The notes under the pieces are model-generated. The model did not search any database. It saw nothing but the letters and a program-made list of their open reading frames with translations, and was not told the DNA's origin. Below are positions 1 through 9,510 of a stretch of DNA of 64,000 bases, piece by piece (the first letter of the stretch is position 1; every line of letters begins with the position of its first letter). This DNA is from Phototrophicaceae bacterium (GTDB taxonomy: Bacteria > Chloroflexota > Anaerolineae > Aggregatilineales > Phototrophicaceae), in the NCBI GenBank assembly GCA_965205875.1, contig CBDBIA010000004.1:2682830-2746829 (forward strand). Reading direction: 5' to 3'. A program made the position numbers and the translations under genes.

Positions 1-28
1 GGGCGGAACGGGCCTGCCGGAGGGCAAT

Positions 29-475
29 GTGGCGAAGTACAAAACCTGGGTGGCCCGGGACAAGGAAATCGAACGCGACTGGTGGCTGGTGGATGCTGAA
101 GGGCAGACCCTCGGACGCCTGGCCTCGCGCATCGCGCCGGTCTTGCGCGGCAAGCACAAGCCTGCCTTCACGCCCCACACAGACGTCGGCGACTACGTCA
201 TCGTCATCAACTGCGAGAAAGTCAACGTAACCGGCAACAAGCTCGACCAGAAGATGTACTATCGCCATTCCGGCTACAACGGCGGCCTCAAAACTATCTC
301 GCTGCGGCGCCAGCTGGAACGCTTCCCGGAACGCGTCATCGAGGCGGCGGTGCGCGGCATGTTGCCGAAGAATGCACTGGGCCGGCGCACGTTCAGGAAG
401 TTACGCGTCTACACTGGCGAAATGCACCCGCACAACGCCCAGAATCCACAGCCACTGTCCTTCCAGGAGCGCTAG
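29..475 (+). CDS. rplM: 50S ribosomal protein L13
   Basis: 148-aa ORF with GTG start preceded by GGAGGG. Conserved L13 core ([35 protein letters not shown]). Followed directly by the S9 gene, as in the canonical rplM-rpsI operon. Confidence 0.95.
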   Translation: MAKYKTWVARDKEIERDWWLVDAEGQTLGRLASRIAPVLRGKHKPAFTPHTDVGDYVIVINCEKVNVTGNKLDQKMYYRHSGYNGGLKTISLRRQLERFPERVIEAAVRGMLPKNALGRRTFRKLRVYTGEMHPHNAQNPQPLSFQER

Positions 476-476
476 T

Positions 477-872
477 ATGTCGGCACAATATTACGAAGGC
501 ATCGGCCGCCGCAAGCAGGCCTCCGCGCGTGTGCGTCTGTTCCCCGGCGGCACGGGCAACATCATCATCAACGACCGCGAGGCCGGCGACTATCTGCCGC
601 GCCACGGTGACATGGACAACGTTGTCGAGCCGCTGCGCGCGGTCGGCCAGGAAAAGTACTACAACATCAGCGTCCACGTGCAGGGCGGCGGCATCTCCGG
701 CCAGCGCGACGCCATCCGCCTGGGCATTTCCCGCGCCTTGCTGAAAATTGATCCGGATCTTAAGCCGGAGCTGAAGGCGAAAGACCTGCTCACGCGCGAC
801 CCGCGCGTCAAGGAGCGCAAGAAGCCCGGTCTGCGCCGCGCGCGCAAGGCGCCGACATACACCAAGCGCTAG
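477..872 (+). CDS. rpsI: 30S ribosomal protein S9
   Basis: ATG at 477 (Met36 of track ORF 372..872), 2 nt after the rplM stop. 131 aa ending in the S9 C-terminal signature RDPRVKERKKPGLRRARKAPTYTKR. Confidence 0.95.
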   Translation: MSAQYYEGIGRRKQASARVRLFPGGTGNIIINDREAGDYLPRHGDMDNVVEPLRAVGQEKYYNISVHVQGGGISGQRDAIRLGISRALLKIDPDLKPELKAKDLLTRDPRVKERKKPGLRRARKAPTYTKR

Positions 873-938
873 CAGCGCAAGGCGATCCCCTGCCTCAGGC
901 GCCAGCAGCGCAGGGCGATAGTGTCAGGAACAGTCAGA

Positions 939-963
939 GGCAGGCCGGCAGGCCTGCCTTTTG
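939..963 (+). terminator. Rho-independent terminator after rpsI
   Basis: Perfect 8-bp GC stem GGCAGGCC / GGCCTGCC with GGCA loop, followed by TTTTG. Confidence 0.6.
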
Positions 964-978
964 CACAGGGGGTGGCTC

Positions 979-1299
979 ATGAGCAATTTCACTCACTTCC
1001 GCGAACACCTTGGGGCGCGGGCCGACAAGCATTACAAGGCTGCCCTGTTCAATGGCGAGCAGCTGATGGTCGGCCTCAACTGCCTTGAGCCGGGCCAGCA
1101 GCAGCCGGTACACGACCACGCGGACCAGGACAAGGTCTACAGCGTGCTGGAGGGCAACGGCGTCTTCACCGTCGGCGCGGAGCAGCGCAGCGTCGGCGTT
1201 GGCGCAGTGGTATGGGCGCGGGCCGGTGTGGCCCATGGCGTGCGCAACGAGGGCGCTGAACGTCTCACGCTGCTGGTGTGCATCGCCCCGCCGCCCTGA
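979..1299 (+). CDS. cupin domain protein
   Basis: 106-aa reading from ATG 979 (GGGGGTGG upstream; the track ORF begins at TTG 961). Cupin-type metal motif region PVHDHADQDKVYSVLEG ... AGVAHGVRN. Confidence 0.75.
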   Translation: MSNFTHFREHLGARADKHYKAALFNGEQLMVGLNCLEPGQQQPVHDHADQDKVYSVLEGNGVFTVGAEQRSVGVGAVVWARAGVAHGVRNEGAERLTLLVCIAPPP

Positions 1300-1320
1300 A
1301 TCAAGCGTCGTAGCGGTCGC

Positions 1321-2577
1321 TCAGACCCCGAGTTCGCGACGCAACTTCACTCTGAACTGTGCGTTGCCCTTGCGCCCGAACTTCAGCTGCCTCGCCCCGT
1401 GGAAGGCCATGAAGTCGCGCAGGGCCGCCGCCACGTCGGCGATCAGGCGCTCGTCCGGCTCCACGCCGGGCTGCAAGTGCAGCGCGCGGACGTGCAGCGT
1501 TCCGCTTTCGCGTTCGAGTTTGGGGTCGAGGCGGCCGATGAGGCGCTCGCGCTGCAGGATGGGCAGTGTGAAATAGCCCCATTTACGTTTGGGCTGCGGC
1601 ACATAGAGCTCAATGTCATGGTGATAGCCCCAGAAGGCGTGACCGTGCCGTTTGGACCAGAGCAGGCTGTCGAAGGGGCTGAGCAGGGTCGTGTGCTGCG
1701 GCTGCAGCTCGCCATCCAGCGCGCGCTGCAAGTCCGGCAGGCGCTCCCGATGCAAGACAAGCTCGCGCGTCCCGCCTTCACTGACCTCGCCTTCGACCGC
1801 GATCAGGACGCCCTCCGCCCGCAGCGTCTCAAGTACCGGCCGAATGCGCTGCAGCAGCAGGTAGGTGTAGTCGGCGATGCAGGATGCCTGGCAAATGCCC
1901 AGGGCGCGCAGGGCGAGTTCGACGTCATGGCGGTCGGCTTCTTCCGCGCTGGCCGGGTTGGTATCCACCCAGGCGGGCAGCACGCGTTGCGGCAAGTCAT
2001 AGACGCGCTGAAAGTTGTCTCGTCCGCTGATCATCAGCTCGCCGCAATCGTAGAGGTACTCAAGCGCGCGCTTGGCCGGCTTCCAGTCCCACCATTCCCC
2101 GCGTCTTTCGCCTTCGTAGGCGAAGTCGGCGGCGCGCAGCCCGCCCTCGGCCGCGATGCGCCGGCGCACCTGCGCGAGGGCGGGCGCGGCTTCGTCAAGC
2201 TTCAGCCAGCGTTGCAAACCCAGGCGCGGCCGCTCACGACGCTGCTTCATGCGCGCCATGCTGAAACGAAAGTGTTCGAGTGGGATGAAAGACGCGGCCT
2301 TTTTCCAGTACTCGAAGTAGCGCCGTTCGCCCGGACGAAAGAGCAGCGCATCCAGCTGCGCCGGGTCGTAGCAACCCAGCCGGCTCCACAGCGCCAGGTA
2401 GTGACTGCGCGCGACCACCTGCAGCGTGTCAATTTGCAGGCAGCCCAGCGCCATGACGGTCGCGTAGATGGCCTCTGCGTCCGGCGCGGTGGCCGGCCGC
2501 GCGGCGAGGCACTGGGCGTGCAGCGCCAGCGCGCGGCTGGCCCGCAAGGGAACTGGACTGGCGGGGAGCGCGGGCAT
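1321..2577 (-). CDS. YcaQ-family winged-helix protein (DNA crosslink-repair glycosylase family, former DUF1006)
   Basis: 418-aa ORF. The N-terminal LHAQCL..., LGCLQIDTLQVVARSHYLALWSRL and FEYWKKAASFIP blocks match my recollection of the YcaQ/HTH_42 family. The strong opposite-strand ORF 1399..2622 is a GC artefact. Confidence 0.75.
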   Translation of the reverse strand: MPALPASPVPLRASRALALHAQCLAARPATAPDAEAIYATVMALGCLQIDTLQVVARSHYLALWSRLGCYDPAQLDALLFRPGERRYFEYWKKAASFIPLEHFRFSMARMKQRRERPRLGLQRWLKLDEAAPALAQVRRRIAAEGGLRAADFAYEGERRGEWWDWKPAKRALEYLYDCGELMISGRDNFQRVYDLPQRVLPAWVDTNPASAEEADRHDVELALRALGICQASCIADYTYLLLQRIRPVLETLRAEGVLIAVEGEVSEGGTRELVLHRERLPDLQRALDGELQPQHTTLLSPFDSLLWSKRHGHAFWGYHHDIELYVPQPKRKWGYFTLPILQRERLIGRLDPKLERESGTLHVRALHLQPGVEPDERLIADVAAALRDFMAFHGARQLKFGRKGNAQFRVKLRRELGV

Positions 2578-2663
2578 GGGCAGGTCCTGGCTTGCGCGGA
2601 CGGTCAGCGGCGGCTAGCATAGCACAGGTGTTCGCGGGCAACAACGACGGGAGAGGGGCGCGG

Positions 2664-4115
2664 ATGGGTATCACGATTGTGGGGCTGGGGCCGGGCGCGG
2701 CGGAGGATGTGACGCGCCGGGCCTGGCGTACCCTGAACGCTGCGCAGCGGCTGTTTTTGCGCACGGCGCAACACGGCTGCGTCCCCGCTCTGTCGCCAAC
2801 GCTGCGCTTCACCAGCTTCGACGCGCTCTACGAAGCGCACGATCGCTTCGAGGAAGTCTACGAAGCCATCATCGCGCAACTGCTGGCGGCCGCGCGTGAA
2901 GGCGACGTGGTTTATGCGGTGCCGGGCGATCCGCTGGTGGGCGAGGCCACGACGACCGGCCTGCTGCAGGCGGCGCGCGCGGAAGGCATCGCGCTGCACG
3001 TCGTCAACGGCGTCAGTTTTGTGGAGCCCTTGCTGGCGCAGCTGGGCGTGGACGCGCTGGATGGCCTGCAACTGCTGGACGGCCTGCAGGTTGCCGCCAT
3101 GCATCATCCGCCGCTCAATCCCGCCTTCCCGGCCCTGCTGGCCCAGCTTTACAGCACGGCGGTCGCCTCCGACGTCAAGCTGACGCTGATGAACCAGTAT
3201 CCCGACGACTTCACGCTGCAGCTGGTGCATGCCGCCGGCACGCCCGGAGTAGTGGTGGAGACGCTGCCGCTCTACGCCCTCGACCGCAGCGCGCAGATCG
3301 GCCCGCTGACGGCGCTCTACCTGCCCGCGCTGGGCGAGCACAGCAGCTTTGAATATGCACAGGAGATCATCGCCCATCTGCGGGCGCCGGAAGGCTGCCC
3401 CTGGGACCGCGAGCAGACGCACGAGTCGCTGCGCCGCTTCCTCATTGAGGAGGCCTGGGAGGTGCTGGAGGCTATCGAGGAGGGCGATGCAGCGTCCCTC
3501 GCCGAAGAGCTGGGCGACCTGCTGCTACAGATCGTGCTGCACACGCAGATCGCCAGCGAGGATGGCCGCTTCCGCATGAGCGACGTGCTGCAGCACATCA
3601 ACGAGAAGATGATCCGGCGCCACCCGCACGTCTGGGGCGACACCGAGGTCAACAACGACCCGGAGCAGGTGCTGCGCAACTGGGAGGAACTCAAGCGTGA
3701 GGAGAAGGCCGCCGTCGGCAAGGGCGACGAGTTTCTGCTGGACAGCTTGCCGCGCGGCATGCCGGCCCTGCTGCAGGCGCTGCGCATCCAGGAACGCGCG
3801 GCGAAGGTCAACTTCGACTGGACGCATCAGGAGCAGGTGCTGGACAAGCTGCGCGAGGAGCTGGACGAGTTGCTGGCGGCGCAGACGGAGGCGGAGCGCG
3901 AGGAGGAACTGGGCGATGTCTTCTTCACGCTGGTCAACCTGGCGCGCTGGCTGAAGCTGGAGCCGGAGGGCGCCCTGCGCGCCGCCAACGCAAAGTTCCG
4001 CCGCCGCTTTCGTTACATTGAGGAGCGCGCGCGGGCAACTGGCCGGCCACTCGCCGCGCACACTCTGGCGCAACTGGACGCCATGTGGAACGCCGCCCGC
4101 GAAGCCGGACTGTGA
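2664..4115 (+). CDS. YabN-type fusion: tetrapyrrole-methylase-like domain + MazG NTP pyrophosphohydrolase
   Basis: ATG 2664 (MGITIVGLGPG, typical methylase-like N-terminus). The C-terminal half carries two MazG repeats (EEAWEVLEAIE...ELGDLLLQIV and ELDELL...EELGDVFFTLVNLAR). Confidence 0.85.
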   Translation: MGITIVGLGPGAAEDVTRRAWRTLNAAQRLFLRTAQHGCVPALSPTLRFTSFDALYEAHDRFEEVYEAIIAQLLAAAREGDVVYAVPGDPLVGEATTTGLLQAARAEGIALHVVNGVSFVEPLLAQLGVDALDGLQLLDGLQVAAMHHPPLNPAFPALLAQLYSTAVASDVKLTLMNQYPDDFTLQLVHAAGTPGVVVETLPLYALDRSAQIGPLTALYLPALGEHSSFEYAQEIIAHLRAPEGCPWDREQTHESLRRFLIEEAWEVLEAIEEGDAASLAEELGDLLLQIVLHTQIASEDGRFRMSDVLQHINEKMIRRHPHVWGDTEVNNDPEQVLRNWEELKREEKAAVGKGDEFLLDSLPRGMPALLQALRIQERAAKVNFDWTHQEQVLDKLREELDELLAAQTEAEREEELGDVFFTLVNLARWLKLEPEGALRAANAKFRRRFRYIEERARATGRPLAAHTLAQLDAMWNAAREAGL

Positions 4116-4125
4116 GCCTGTCGTT

Positions 4126-5202
4126 TCAGTCGCGCCGCGCGAGCAGGTAGATGCGCGGGTGCAGGCCGCCCTGGAAGACCTTCACCTCCTGCTGCAGCGT
4201 CCACAGCGCGGCGCAGTCGCGCAGCACCCGTTCCATCAGCCTGATCTCGTGCGTGATGAAGATGGCGCGCGCATTCGGCGCCGCCACGCGCCCCGCCTCG
4301 GCCAGTACCTGCGGATAGAGCGTCGCGTTCGCCTCGTGCGTGCCCAGCAGCTGGCCCCAGGGCAGGTCCGCGCAGAGCACGTCGATGCTGGCGTCCGGCA
4401 GTTTCAGCTTCGTCGCGTCCATCGCGAAGAGCTGGCCAATTTCCTCCGCGCCTGAGGCCCGCAGATTGTCAGTGGCGCAGCGCAGCGCCTCCTTGCTGGT
4501 ATCGCAGCCGGCCGCGGCCTGCAGCGGCGCGCGCAGCAGCCGCTCGATGAGCAGGGTGCCGGTGCCGCACATCAGGTTGAAGAAGCGATCTTCCGGCTGC
4601 GGCCGGGTCATCTCGATCATGGCGGCGGCGATGGTGGCGTTGAGCGCGCCGGGCAGATTGCAGACGCGCCAGCGGCGCGCGGAAAGCGGCCGCGGCGTCA
4701 GGCGAAATAGCAACTCCCAACCACTGTCATGCAGGTCGGCCGCCCGGATGCGCAGCAGCAGGTCGCCCTCTTCCTCATCGTAAACCAGCCCGGACTGCGC
4801 CGCGATGGCCTCGCGCAACCGCTGCATCACGCTCGAATCGCGGCCGGCGGCGCTGATGCGAAAGCTGCGGAAGCTGTCGCTGTCGTGCAGCTTTCTCACG
4901 CGCTCGATCTGCCGCAGCAGGCGCGTGAGATGCTGATGGCCCAGCAGGCCCGCCGGTCGCGGGATGGCGAAGTGCTGCACCAGATAGATGGCGTTGCACT
5001 TGCCGACTGCGCCCAGGGCCGCCAGATCGCCGCTGTAGTGGAAGGGCAGTTCGTCGGGGCGCTCCTTGCGCAGCAAGCGCGCGTCGCCGCCGAAGCGCGA
5101 GAGCAACTCGCTGGCGGCCTCGGCCTTCAGGCCGGCGACCACCTCGGCCTCGCACAGAATGCGCTCCCGCTCGGGAGCGCTGCGTTGGCGCGTCCGCTTC
5201 AT
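4126..5202 (-). CDS. THUMP-domain class I SAM-dependent RNA methyltransferase
   Basis: Only the last 358 codons of track ORF 4126..6414 are credible; the upstream part is antisense to the next gene. Start ATG at 5202 (MKRTRQRS). SAM-binding motif FFNLMCGTGTLLIE and motif IV-like DLPWG. Confidence 0.8.
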   Translation of the reverse strand: MKRTRQRSAPERERILCEAEVVAGLKAEAASELLSRFGGDARLLRKERPDELPFHYSGDLAALGAVGKCNAIYLVQHFAIPRPAGLLGHQHLTRLLRQIERVRKLHDSDSFRSFRISAAGRDSSVMQRLREAIAAQSGLVYDEEEGDLLLRIRAADLHDSGWELLFRLTPRPLSARRWRVCNLPGALNATIAAAMIEMTRPQPEDRFFNLMCGTGTLLIERLLRAPLQAAAGCDTSKEALRCATDNLRASGAEEIGQLFAMDATKLKLPDASIDVLCADLPWGQLLGTHEANATLYPQVLAEAGRVAAPNARAIFITHEIRLMERVLRDCAALWTLQQEVKVFQGGLHPRIYLLARRD

Positions 5203-5328
5203 GAGACCGGCCCTGGCGGCGGGCCGGAATGTGGCATAGTGGGGCAGGTGGGCAAGCGCTGTCTCCTTCGCGGCTGCGGCTGCGGCTGCGCCAGTATAGC
5301 AGCATGAGGCCGCGCGGCTGACAGCCCA

Positions 5329-6369
5329 ATGTGGAGCCGCTATGCTGGTCCCATGAGCGCCAGCATGAACCATGAAAAGCGTCTGGCCCTGCTGGAGGCC
5401 GCCGCCCCGCAACTCGCCGCGGCCTTCGGCATCGAGCTGCTGCGCGTCCGTCGGCTGCCGTCCATCAGCCGGGCCGTCTTCGCGCTGGAAGAGGCGAGCG
5501 GGCCTTACGTCCTGCGCGTGCATCAGGGGCATGAGCGCGGCGACCAGCTCGACTCGCTGTTGGTATGGCTGCAGGCGCTCGCCGTGACCGGGCAGCTTTG
5601 TGTGCCGCGCCCGCTGGCCACAGCGCAGGGCGCGTTGCTGGCGCAAGTGCGCGTGGACGGGCTGCCGGGCCTGCAACGCTGCAGCCTGTTGACCTGGCTG
5701 CCGGGCGCGTCGCTTACGCCGAATGCGCTGACGCCAGGGCGGGCGCGGGCCATGGGCGATTTGTTGGCGCGACTGCATGACTTTGCCGCGCAGTGGCGGC
5801 CGCCGCCTGGCTTTGCGCGACCGAGCCTGGATGCCGCCGGGCTTTTCGGCGAGCGCTCGCCCTACGCCTCTGACGCCGGTGACGCGCTCTTCTCCAGCGA
5901 ACTGCGCCAGTTGATGGTAGCAGTGGCGCAACGAACGCATGTGTTGATGCAGCGTCTGGACGCGGCGCCGGACGCGCGCGGCCTCATCCACGCTGACTTC
6001 ATCGTCAAGAACTGCCTGTTCACGGACGCGGCGGCCTGCGCACTCGATTTCGACGATTGCGCCTGGGGTTACTTTCTCTATGACCTGGCGCCGGCCATGT
6101 TGCAGTTCAGCGCGCTGCCCGGCCATACTGACCTGGCGGAGGCCCTGTGGTCGGGCTACACAGCGCGCCGACCCCTGCCGCAAGCGCAGCGCAATAACCT
6201 GGAGACTCTGGTCGCGGCGCGCCTGGTCGCTTCCTGCCGCTGGCTGGCGGCCAACCAGCAGGTGCCGCAGGTGCGCGCGCAGACGGGAAAATTGCTGGCG
6301 CAGCGCGCCGCCACCCTGCGCGACTACCTGGACACGGGTCGGGTGCGGCGGCGCTCGGCGATGTTGTGA
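5329..6369 (+). CDS. aminoglycoside/choline-kinase-type phosphotransferase family protein
   Basis: 346-aa ORF with Brenner-type catalytic loop IHADFIVKNCLF and DFDD metal motif. Start uncertain (alternative ATGs at 5353 and 5365). Confidence 0.75.
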   Translation: MWSRYAGPMSASMNHEKRLALLEAAAPQLAAAFGIELLRVRRLPSISRAVFALEEASGPYVLRVHQGHERGDQLDSLLVWLQALAVTGQLCVPRPLATAQGALLAQVRVDGLPGLQRCSLLTWLPGASLTPNALTPGRARAMGDLLARLHDFAAQWRPPPGFARPSLDAAGLFGERSPYASDAGDALFSSELRQLMVAVAQRTHVLMQRLDAAPDARGLIHADFIVKNCLFTDAAACALDFDDCAWGYFLYDLAPAMLQFSALPGHTDLAEALWSGYTARRPLPQAQRNNLETLVAARLVASCRWLAANQQVPQVRAQTGKLLAQRAATLRDYLDTGRVRRRSAML

Positions 6370-6404
6370 GCGAGGGTCTGACAAGAGAGAGAAGGAGAGC
6401 AGGC

Positions 6405-7682
6405 ATGACTGCACTGGCCGAGCACATCCAGCACACCTGGCTTTGTGATACGCACGAGCACTTGCGGACGGAACGTGTCTACCTGGAGCAGGGGCCGGAC
6501 GTGCTCGTCGACCTCTTCGGCAACTACGTGTCCGCCGACCTGATCTCCGCCGGCGCCTCGCAGCAGGCCGTCGCGGCCCTGCTCGACAGCGGCAACGCGG
6601 ACGTCGAGCAGCGCTGGCGGGGCGTGCGCGAGGCCTGGCAGCACTGCCGTTACACGGGCTACGGCGAGGCGGTGCGCAGCGTCGCGCGTGAGGTTTACGA
6701 CATGGAAGAAATTACGCTGGCTGGCATCGAGGCGGCGGCGGAACTTAATCTGCGCTTGCGGCAGCCCGGCGAGCGGCTGCGCATCCTGCGCGAGCGCGGG
6801 CGGCTCGACCACGTGCAGACCGACGACATGCAGTGGGCCTGCGCGCCGGATGAGTCCGGCCCCGGCTTCTTCCTCTACGATCTCTCGCTCGTCGCCTTCG
6901 CCTCGGGCCGCTTCGATGCGCAGGCCCTGGCGGCGGAGACGGACATTGAAGTCCGCGATCTGGCCAGCCTCGATTCGGCCATGGCGGCGCTCTTCGCCAA
7001 GTACGGTCCGCTGGCCGTCGCTGTCAAGACTCAGCATGCCTACGAACGCACACTCCGCTGGCGCTCGCGCTCGCGCGAGGAAGTCGCGCCGGTGCTGACG
7101 AAACACCTGCGCGGCGCAGCGCTGGACGTGCCGGAGCGCAATTGTCTGGGCGACTGGTGCCTGGAGCGCGGGGCGGCGCTGGCGGCGGAGCACAATCTGC
7201 CGCTCAAGATCCATACCGGCTATTACGCTGGCAACAATCGCATGCCGGTGGATTTCATCCGCCCCGGCAATCTTTGCGCGCTGCTGGCTGCGCATCTGGA
7301 TACGCGCTTCGTGCTGATGCACAGTGGCTGGCCTTATGATGCCGAGCTGGCGGCGCTGGCCAAACACTATGCCAATGTGTGGGTGGACATGTGCTGGGCC
7401 TGGAGCATTGACCCGCACAGCAGCGCCGACTTCCTGCGGCGCATGATTCACAGCGTCCCCGTCAACAAGATTTTCCTGTTTGGTGGCGACACTGCCTGGC
7501 CCAACTGCGTCGTGGCCTATGCGCAGCAGGCCCGGCGTGGACTGACGCGCGCCCTGCAGGCCGAGATTGACGAGGGCGAACTGTGCGAGGCGCAGGCCAT
7601 GGCGCTGGCCACGCAGCTGATGCAGGGCAACCAGCAGGCCTGCTTCGACCTGACGGGCCTGCGCGCGCGCCTGGCGGGCTGA
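6405..7682 (+). CDS. amidohydrolase-family metal-dependent hydrolase
   Basis: ATG 6405 preceded by GAAGGAGAG. N-terminal HxH metal motif in WLCDTHEHL. 425 aa. Confidence 0.7.
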   Translation: MTALAEHIQHTWLCDTHEHLRTERVYLEQGPDVLVDLFGNYVSADLISAGASQQAVAALLDSGNADVEQRWRGVREAWQHCRYTGYGEAVRSVAREVYDMEEITLAGIEAAAELNLRLRQPGERLRILRERGRLDHVQTDDMQWACAPDESGPGFFLYDLSLVAFASGRFDAQALAAETDIEVRDLASLDSAMAALFAKYGPLAVAVKTQHAYERTLRWRSRSREEVAPVLTKHLRGAALDVPERNCLGDWCLERGAALAAEHNLPLKIHTGYYAGNNRMPVDFIRPGNLCALLAAHLDTRFVLMHSGWPYDAELAALAKHYANVWVDMCWAWSIDPHSSADFLRRMIHSVPVNKIFLFGGDTAWPNCVVAYAQQARRGLTRALQAEIDEGELCEAQAMALATQLMQGNQQACFDLTGLRARLAG

Positions 7683-7744
7683 GGGCGAGGCGACGCGGCC
7701 TGTACCTCGCGCAGCGCTTCGACTACCATGGCCGACAAAGACAA

Positions 7745-7767
7745 ATCCCGCACCTGAAGTGCGGGAT
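7745..7767 (-). terminator. hairpin terminator downstream of tRNA-Pro (possibly bidirectional)
   Basis: 9-bp stem ATCCCGCAC / GTGCGGGAT with 5-nt loop. On the minus strand it is followed by TTGTCTTTGTC. It also lies about 60 nt after the plus-strand amidohydrolase stop. Confidence 0.5.
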
Positions 7768-7772
7768 CCTTG

Positions 7773-7846
7773 TCGGGGCGACGGGATTTGAACCCATGAC
7801 CTCACCGACCCGAACGGTGCGCGCTACCGGGCTGCGCCACGCCCCG
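7773..7846 (-). tRNA. tRNA-Pro (anticodon CGG)
   Basis: The reverse complement reads CGGGGCG-TG-GCGC-AGCCCGGTA-GCGC-G-CACCG-TTCGGGT-CGGTG-AGGTC-ATGGG-TTCAAAT-CCCGT-CGCCCCG-A. This is a clean cloverleaf with CGG in the anticodon loop. CCA is not encoded. Confidence 0.9.
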
Positions 7847-7893
7847 ATTGCCGCGAGTGTAGCGATGGCGCGCGTGAAAGGCAAGAGCGTCTT

Positions 7894-8490
7894 GTGAGCA
7901 GCGCTCCCGACACGCTGACCGGGCGCGCTCGCCGTTTGACGGGTCGGCGCCTGGCGCAGCTGGGCATGGCACTGCATCGTCGGGGCGTCTCCGCGGACGC
8001 CATCACCATCGCCGGGCTGCTGCTGACGCTGCTGGCGGCGCTGCTCATCGCGGACGGGCAGCTGCAGCAGGGCGGCTTGCTGTTGCTGCTGAGCCTGCCG
8101 CTGGACGCCCTGGATGGCGCGGTCGCGCGCGCCGCATTGCGCAGCGATGCATTCGGCGGCGTGCTCGATTCAACGCTGGACCGCTATGCGGACGCTGCAT
8201 TGTTCGCGGCGCTGGGGTATTATTTTGCCGGGCTGGGGCAGATGGAGGGCCTGGCGCTGGCCTTGCTCGCGCTGGTTGGCAGTTTCGGCGTCAGCTATGT
8301 CCGGGCCCGCGCCGGCGAGGCAGGCATCTCGCTGCGGGACGGCCTGTTTACGCGCCTGGAGCGCACTGTCGTTTTACTGTTGGCGCTGTTGATTCCGGCG
8401 CTGCTGCTGCCCGGACTGTGGCTGCTGGCCCTGGGCACCAATCTGACCGCGCTGCAACGACTGTGGCTGGTCTACCGACGGGAACGTTGA
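7894..8490 (+). CDS. CDP-alcohol phosphatidyltransferase family protein
   Basis: 198 aa, GTG start. Signature D(x2)DG(x2)AR(x8)G(x3)D(x3)D present as DALDGAVARAALRSDAFGGVLDSTLDRYAD. Multiple TM helices. Confidence 0.85.
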   Translation: MSSAPDTLTGRARRLTGRRLAQLGMALHRRGVSADAITIAGLLLTLLAALLIADGQLQQGGLLLLLSLPLDALDGAVARAALRSDAFGGVLDSTLDRYADAALFAALGYYFAGLGQMEGLALALLALVGSFGVSYVRARAGEAGISLRDGLFTRLERTVVLLLALLIPALLLPGLWLLALGTNLTALQRLWLVYRRER

Positions 8491-8502
8491 GGGAGTTGGC
8501 TG

Positions 8503-9510
8503 ATGGAATTTGAGCGAGAGCTGATCGTCCTGTTCGACCGCGTTCAGCTGCGCTACTACGGCATTATTCTCGTCGTGGCGATGCTGGTGGCGGCCAACGT
8601 GGCCGCGCGCCTGGCCCGGCGCAGTGGCCGCGACCCGGAGCACATCTGGGGGGCGTTGACCTGGGCCATTATCCCGGCCATCATTGGCGCGCGTTTGTGG
8701 TTCGTCTTCTTTCCGCCGGCCGCGCTGGTCGACCAGGGCATCACCACGACCTGGATGTTGCAGAACTTTTTCGACATGCAGAGCGGCGCCATCGCCATCT
8801 GGAGTGGCGGCCTGGGCATCTTCGGCGCGGTCGGCGGCGGCCTGCTGGGCGTCTGGATCTACCTGCGCCGCAACAACCTCATGCCCGGTCCCTGGCTGGA
8901 CATCGCCGCCGTGGCGCTCCCCGTGGGCCAGGCGATCGGACGCTGGGCCAACTTCGTCAACCAGGAGCTCTACGGTACGCCTACCGACCTGCCCTGGGGT
9001 ATCAGCATTGACGCCGCCAGCCGCATCGAGCCCTACCGCAGCCTGGTCGAGTATCCGCTGGAGACCGGCTTTCATCCCATTTTCCTCTACGAATCGCTCT
9101 GGAGCCTGTTGAGCTTTTTCATCCTGCTCAACCTCTATCGGCGCTGGCAACGGCGGCTGCCCGGCGACCTCTTCCTCGTCTACCTCGCGTTCTATTCTGT
9201 CGCGCGTTTCCTGCTGGAATTCATCCGCGTCGAGGTCGTGCTGATCAACACGCTCAACGTCAACCAGACCCTGGTCGGGTTGCTCTTCCTCGCCTCTGTC
9301 GCGCTTCTGCTCTACCGGCGGCGCGGTGGCGCGGAAGTCTTTGCAGCGCGTCTGGCGCTGGCCGCGGATCAGGAGCGGGCCTCCCGTCACGCCGAGGAAG
9401 AAGCCCGGCTCGCCCGCGAGGCCGCTGAGGAACGGCGCAAGGCGCGTCAGAAACCGCTGCATCTTGCCATCCGTGCGCGCATCAACAAACTTCGCGGCCG
9501 CGATGCCTGA
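8503..9510 (+). CDS. lgt: prolipoprotein diacylglyceryl transferase with charged C-terminal tail
   Basis: 335 aa. Conserved Lgt blocks YGIILVVAML, GGLGIFGAVGGG, GQAIGRWANFVNQELYG and HPIFLYESLW. Confidence 0.9.
   Translation: MEFERELIVLFDRVQLRYYGIILVVAMLVAANVAARLARRSGRDPEHIWGALTWAIIPAIIGARLWFVFFPPAALVDQGITTTWMLQNFFDMQSGAIAIWSGGLGIFGAVGGGLLGVWIYLRRNNLMPGPWLDIAAVALPVGQAIGRWANFVNQELYGTPTDLPWGISIDAASRIEPYRSLVEYPLETGFHPIFLYESLWSLLSFFILLNLYRRWQRRLPGDLFLVYLAFYSVARFLLEFIRVEVVLINTLNVNQTLVGLLFLASVALLLYRRRGGAEVFAARLALAADQERASRHAEEEARLAREAAEERRKARQKPLHLAIRARINKLRGRDA

Noticed and set aside
871-919. 16-nt imperfect direct repeat AGCAGCGCA(A/G)GGCGAT after rpsI
   Set aside because: It is a single pair with one mismatch in a GC-rich 3' UTR just upstream of the terminator. 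It is probably coincidental or part of terminator-proximal structure.
5270-5290. (GCGGCT)x3 microsatellite in the methyltransferase/phosphotransferase divergent spacer
   Set aside because: This is a short GC-rich triplet-pair repeat of a kind common in high-G+C genomes. I can see no associated structure or function.
5203-6414. N-terminal 400 codons of track ORF 4126..6414 (762 aa). The same issue affects 31103..33325 (740 aa) and 36722..39124 (800 aa).
   Set aside because: The upstream portions are antisense to well-supported plus-strand genes (phosphotransferase; GT2; cyclase and GT9) and are compositionally junk. Internal ATGs with RBS or signal peptide (5202, 32395, 37510) give proteins of normal family length.
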